A stretch of 64,000 nt of DNA from Planctomycetota bacterium. Lineage in GTDB: Bacteria > Planctomycetota > Brocadiia > CAIUPP01. The stretch is taken from NCBI GenBank assembly GCA_022705425.1, contig JAKJEM010000008.1, positions 24,980-88,979 of the forward strand. The letters run 5' to 3'. Within the stretch, counting starts at the first letter, position 1. Each line of letters starts with the position of its first letter. The position numbers and the translations under genes are program-made. Shown here in pieces: positions 60,569-64,000 of the stretch. The notes under the pieces are model-generated. The model made no database searches. It saw only the letters and a program-made list of their open reading frames with translations, and was not told the origin of the DNA.

Positions 60569-61003
60569 CAGGCCACATCTGAAGCCGTTCCGAAACTGGC
60601 GGAGCGTGTGGAATTGACCACGGGGAATCGGAACGGATGAGCATGCCGACCGCCTGGGCGAGGGATGTCAGCCATCGTCCGGGCGCTTTCGTTTGCGGAT
60701 GCTGCGCCGGGGCGGCTGGGGCGTCCCTCGGGACGAAAGGACTTCCCCACCGTGGGAATCTCCGCAAAGGCACTCGTTCCTGGGGAACCCGCTGCTTCCG
60801 TCGCGCGCCGCCCGGACCCGGAACCGCCCATCCGGAGCACCGCCGCTTCTGCGCCCGGCGAGGCCAAGAACGCGGCTCCCCGCAGCCCCGTCCATCCCCA
60901 AGGCAGGACGTGCGCGTCCTATCTCGATGCACTTGACTTGGCGCCGTGGTTCTGACAGCCCGACCGCGCCAGCCACACTGGAACCCAACCGGGAGTCAGA
61001 CCG

Positions 61004-62032
61004 ATGCTTCGAATCGAAACACGCGGTACCTGGCGCGAGATGGGCGCGCAACTGGCCGAGGAGTTTCGTCCGCGATTTGAGCCCGTGCTGGAGCGTTTTG
61101 CGCCCTGGCTTGCGCGCGACTTGGACCACTTTCGCCCTGCGGTCGCGGCGCTGCGTCAGACCGTGCTGCGCCTTGTGCCTGAAATCGAAGAGGAAACGCA
61201 GGGCATGGCGTCGGCCCTGAACTGGGACGCGGATCTTGCGCTGGGACTCCGCTACTTCAACGAAATCCGGACGTGGCAGCTTCCCGGATGCACGGGGATA
61301 TTTCTGAACACCGGAGACCGGGGGCCGCTTCTGGCGCGGACGTGTGATCTCGAACCCGACATGAGCGCCGAGGTTCAGCTCTGCCGCGTCAATCGGCCCC
61401 GCGACGGGATTGCGACGGTCCTGATGACCTATCTCCCCCTGACCGCCGGCGTGGGGTTCAATGAACTCGGGATTGCCTTCACAGGGGCAAGCGCGTCCAC
61501 CAAGGGACCTGCAAACGCCGAGGGAATCCCCGGCGCGGTCTTCAACCAGATGCTGATCACGCGATGCCGGTCCCTTGCCGAGGTGACCGATCTGGCCGCA
61601 CGCCACACGCTGCGCGGAAAGGGCGCCATTCAGCTCGCGTGCGACGCCGAAGGACGCTCGCTGCTTCTTGAACTGACCGCCGGTTCTCCTATTCGCGTCA
61701 CCCCGCGCCGACGTGACCGCGACTGGCAGGCCTGCACCAACTTCTGCCAATCCAAAGGACTGGTGCCGGACGCCGACGCGGCATACCTGGAGAACGCCTA
61801 TGCCCGCTACGGGCGACTGGTTCACCAACTTAACGAAGCCAGCGGCATGGAACGCACTCTGGCCGGGATACAGCGACTGCTCCTGGACGTGGCCCAGCCG
61901 GGGATGGTCTGCCACGCCCCGCACTGCACTTTCAACACCGTCTACACTTTCATCGTCGAACTGCGCCAACGCCGGATGCACCTCTGCCCCGGACATCCGG
62001 CGCAGACCGCCTACGAGGAGGTCGCTCTGTGA
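61004..62032 (+). CDS. C45-family Ntn-hydrolase (acyl-CoA:6-aminopenicillanic-acid acyltransferase / choloylglycine-hydrolase-like)
   Basis: LPGCTGIF block with the putative nucleophile Cys, characteristic of peptidase C45/AAT autoproteolytic enzymes. The overlapping 442-aa minus-strand ORF is judged an antisense shadow. Confidence 0.65.
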   Translation: MLRIETRGTWREMGAQLAEEFRPRFEPVLERFAPWLARDLDHFRPAVAALRQTVLRLVPEIEEETQGMASALNWDADLALGLRYFNEIRTWQLPGCTGIFLNTGDRGPLLARTCDLEPDMSAEVQLCRVNRPRDGIATVLMTYLPLTAGVGFNELGIAFTGASASTKGPANAEGIPGAVFNQMLITRCRSLAEVTDLAARHTLRGKGAIQLACDAEGRSLLLELTAGSPIRVTPRRRDRDWQACTNFCQSKGLVPDADAAYLENAYARYGRLVHQLNEASGMERTLAGIQRLLLDVAQPGMVCHAPHCTFNTVYTFIVELRQRRMHLCPGHPAQTAYEEVAL

Positions 62033-64000
62033 GCGCGATCCGCCGCCCCCTTCGCCGCGCCGCGCTCTTACTTTTCCCGGGGGAGAGTCTGCGCGAGGAC
62101 GTTCTGGACACGATCCTCCGCGAGGGATTCACGGATGTCGGTATCGGTGTCAAGACAACCCCCACGGTTCCGGGACAGGGATTCTCCATCCCGCAAGCGC
62201 GGGAACTGGCGGCAATGTGTCAGGCGCGCCACCTGGGGATCATCGCCTTCACCGGCTACATGAAGTATCAGGAGGCACTCCTGAACCGGGAACCGCAACG
62301 CACGATGATTCTCTCCGGACGCGGACGCATCCTCGATCTCGACGGCCTCCCGGTGCGTTGGCTCTGCCCCTTCCGTCCCGAGAACAAGAGCCTCTATCTC
62401 GACCTACTTCGCGAAATCTGTCAATGGCCCGCCGCGCGGGACATCCATCTGAACGACGAAGCCAGTCTTGGTTTCCGGGGCGGCGTCATCGGGTGCTATT
62501 GCGACTACTGCCGCGCACGGTTCCGCGCTGCCACCGGCGCTGAGCCGCCCGTGGCGGCGGACTGGTCAAGCCCCCTCTGGCGTCGGTGGATCGAGCACCG
62601 GCTTTCGACTTGGACAGCCATTCATGCCGAACTGCGCGACGAGATCCGCCGCCTGCGCCCCGACATCGCCGTGGGGATTCAACACAGCCCCTACGTTCCC
62701 GAGCACGTCTACAGCGCATGGGAGTCGGGCATCGCGCTCGCGCGCGACGCGCGGGCGATGGACTTCATCTCCACCGACCCGTACCACTTCATTCACTGCG
62801 ACGGAATACGCCATCGTCCGCACCGCCGAATCCTGGCGGAGTGCACGCGCGCCCTCGTTGGAGCATGCCTGGACCGGGGCGCGACCCTCTATCCCCAGGG
62901 CTTCATGCCCCCCGGTCAATCCACACCCCTCGGACGACAGGACGGGCTCCTGGCCGGGATCGTGCCCTATGCCCTCGGGGCCGATACCGTTATGCCCTTC
63001 ACTTACGAGTTGATGAACATCATCCCGGGATACTCCGAGGGCTTCGACGACTCGCGCCGGTTGCTCTCCCTGCTCCGGGAACACCGGCCTTATTCCTTTG
63101 CGACACTGCTATGCCCCCAGCAGTCCGAACTTCAGGGGCGCCCGGATGAGGGGTGGGCTGCCGGACCCCTTCGCGAGACCGCTGAGGCGTTGCGCCGTAC
63201 CGGCCTGCCCTGGCGCTGGTTCTGGGACGAGCGCTTGACCGACGCCGCCTCGCTTCTGCGCGGCCCGCTGGTTCTGCCGGAAACGCACTGTCTGACGCCG
63301 CAACAGACCTCCGCCCTTCGCGCCGTTGTCCAACGGGGCGACGGCGCCCTGTGGATCGGAAACGCGCCGCAGACGCCTTGGGACGGTTACAGCCCCTGCC
63401 CCCTCCCGGCGGCCACACAGAAGGGAGCATTCGAGCTGAAGCCCGTGGCGGAGCATCCCCTGTTTGTCGGTCTCGACAAGCCCGTGGTGTTGAGCAGCCG
63501 GGTGGAATGGAACGGCCCCCCGGGCCGCGTGATTGCCGAGATCGAAGGGCGGCCGGCGATGGTTCTCATCGAAGAAGGCGACACGCGCGAGATTTGGCTG
63601 GCGGGCGCGCCAACGCTCTTCTACCAGGACCGCAACGCGGCCTCGGGTATCGTTGCCCTTCCCACATCAAACGGAGAGTTCCTGCGCCGTCTCCTCCTCT
63701 GGCTCGCGCGACAAGCCCCGCTGGCGCGTTTGTCTCCCTACCCGCCCGAGGATGACTATCGGCGTCTCCGCCCCGCCGATTATCGAAGTGTTCCTACGCT
63801 GGACCTCCTGCCGCTCTGGCGCAATACCCCCGAAGGCACGACCTCGCTCTTGGCGATTGTCTTTCCCTTCACTCCCGTCGCGGCTCGAACAGCCCTGCGG
63901 GTCGCCCCCCCGCCGGGCAAACGCCTTCGCGCTGCAACCGAGCGCTGGAGGGAAGAGGACTGGACGGCACGCGCCCGACTCCTCGAGGACGGCGAGATTC
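62029..64000 (+). CDS. glycoside-hydrolase-like TIM-barrel protein with a CxCxxC cysteine cluster (GH42/GHL-like); 3' end outside the window
   Basis: Open frame from a GTG at 62029 to the window end. The GTG overlaps the C45 stop in a GTGA arrangement, and a GAGGAGG RBS lies 7 nt upstream. Protein-like translation: ...LLLFPGESLREDVLDTILREGFTDVGIGVK...GCYCDYCRARF...WIGNAPQTPWDG. The frame was confirmed against the overlapping track ORFs. Not listed in the track because it lacks a stop inside the window. Confidence 0.55.
   Translation, partial: MSAIRRPLRRAALLLFPGESLREDVLDTILREGFTDVGIGVKTTPTVPGQGFSIPQARELAAMCQARHLGIIAFTGYMKYQEALLNREPQRTMILSGRGRILDLDGLPVRWLCPFRPENKSLYLDLLREICQWPAARDIHLNDEASLGFRGGVIGCYCDYCRARFRAATGAEPPVAADWSSPLWRRWIEHRLSTWTAIHAELRDEIRRLRPDIAVGIQHSPYVPEHVYSAWESGIALARDARAMDFISTDPYHFIHCDGIRHRPHRRILAECTRALVGACLDRGATLYPQGFMPPGQSTPLGRQDGLLAGIVPYALGADTVMPFTYELMNIIPGYSEGFDDSRRLLSLLREHRPYSFATLLCPQQSELQGRPDEGWAAGPLRETAEALRRTGLPWRWFWDERLTDAASLLRGPLVLPETHCLTPQQTSALRAVVQRGDGALWIGNAPQTPWDGYSPCPLPAATQKGAFELKPVAEHPLFVGLDKPVVLSSRVEWNGPPGRVIAEIEGRPAMVLIEEGDTREIWLAGAPTLFYQDRNAASGIVALPTSNGEFLRRLLLWLARQAPLARLSPYPPEDDYRRLRPADYRSVPTLDLLPLWRNTPEGTTSLLAIVFPFTPVAARTALRVAPPPGKRLRAATERWREEDWTARARLLEDGEI

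Noticed and set aside
60575-61003. Small ORFs in the long leader: 60637..60936 (99 aa, contains VCGCC) and 60665..60955 (96 aa), considered as a leader or precursor peptide upstream of the C45 hydrolase.
   Set aside because: Third-position GC is about 73 percent in both frames, versus an estimated 85 percent or more for genes here. There is no RBS at workable spacing. The sequences are low-complexity. Treated as non-coding unless conservation shows otherwise.
62029-62100. Apparent in-frame TGA between the C45 gene and the TIM-barrel ORF, suggesting a fusion, read-through or frameshift with no canonical start.
   Set aside because: My first hand-translation mis-counted a C-run near 62040-62050. 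Comparing frames against three overlapping track ORFs (61713..62543, 62468..63013, 62586..63149) showed the protein-like frame is the GTG-62029 frame throughout. It is an ordinary GTGA-coupled start with a GAGGAGG RBS.

Overview
64-kb chromosomal window from a high-GC bacterium (about two-thirds G+C; many GGAGG-type ribosome-binding sites). It is gene-dense, with at least 45 protein-coding genes and no rRNA, tRNA, CRISPR array, transposase or integrase detected. Gene calls use the supplied ORF track plus in-frame start-codon and RBS checks read off the sequence; the track treats GTG and TTG as starts.

The left and central parts hold conserved housekeeping operons:
- RND efflux pair: membrane-fusion adaptor plus AcrB-like pump.
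- Alpha-glucan cluster on the minus strand: glgC, a DUF4912 gene, a GH57 branching enzyme, an orphan CheY-like receiver and a GalT-family nucleotidyltransferase.
- birA, nadB with a coupled GNAT gene, and an FGGY sugar kinase.
- htrA followed by a degenerate HtrA-like PDZ paralog.
- dnaG-rpoD operon.
- ftsH-folP-cdaA-cdaR-pdxJ-dapA-folE operon.
- uppS-phoH-pgpH-ybeY-corC-recO operon, then purA.

The right third (about 47-64 kb) looks accessory and is the most interesting part. It is a glycan-degradation locus:
- two heparinase II/III-family lyase-like proteins, one of 1351 aa with a signal peptide;
- a right-handed beta-helix protein;
- a sulfatase with a variant C-x-A-x-R formylglycine motif and no signal peptide;
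- an FAD-dependent oxidoreductase;
- a C45 Ntn-hydrolase translationally coupled to a Cys-cluster TIM-barrel glycosidase-like protein that runs off the window.
A near-consensus promoter with a roughly 430-nt untranslated leader sits upstream of the C45 gene. No canonical outer-membrane uptake genes, regulators or sulfatase maturase are present in the window.

Most long antisense ORFs in the track are high-GC shadow ORFs and were rejected. My nucleotide-level reading of homopolymer runs is imperfect; one apparent frameshift was resolved against the ORF track and withdrawn.
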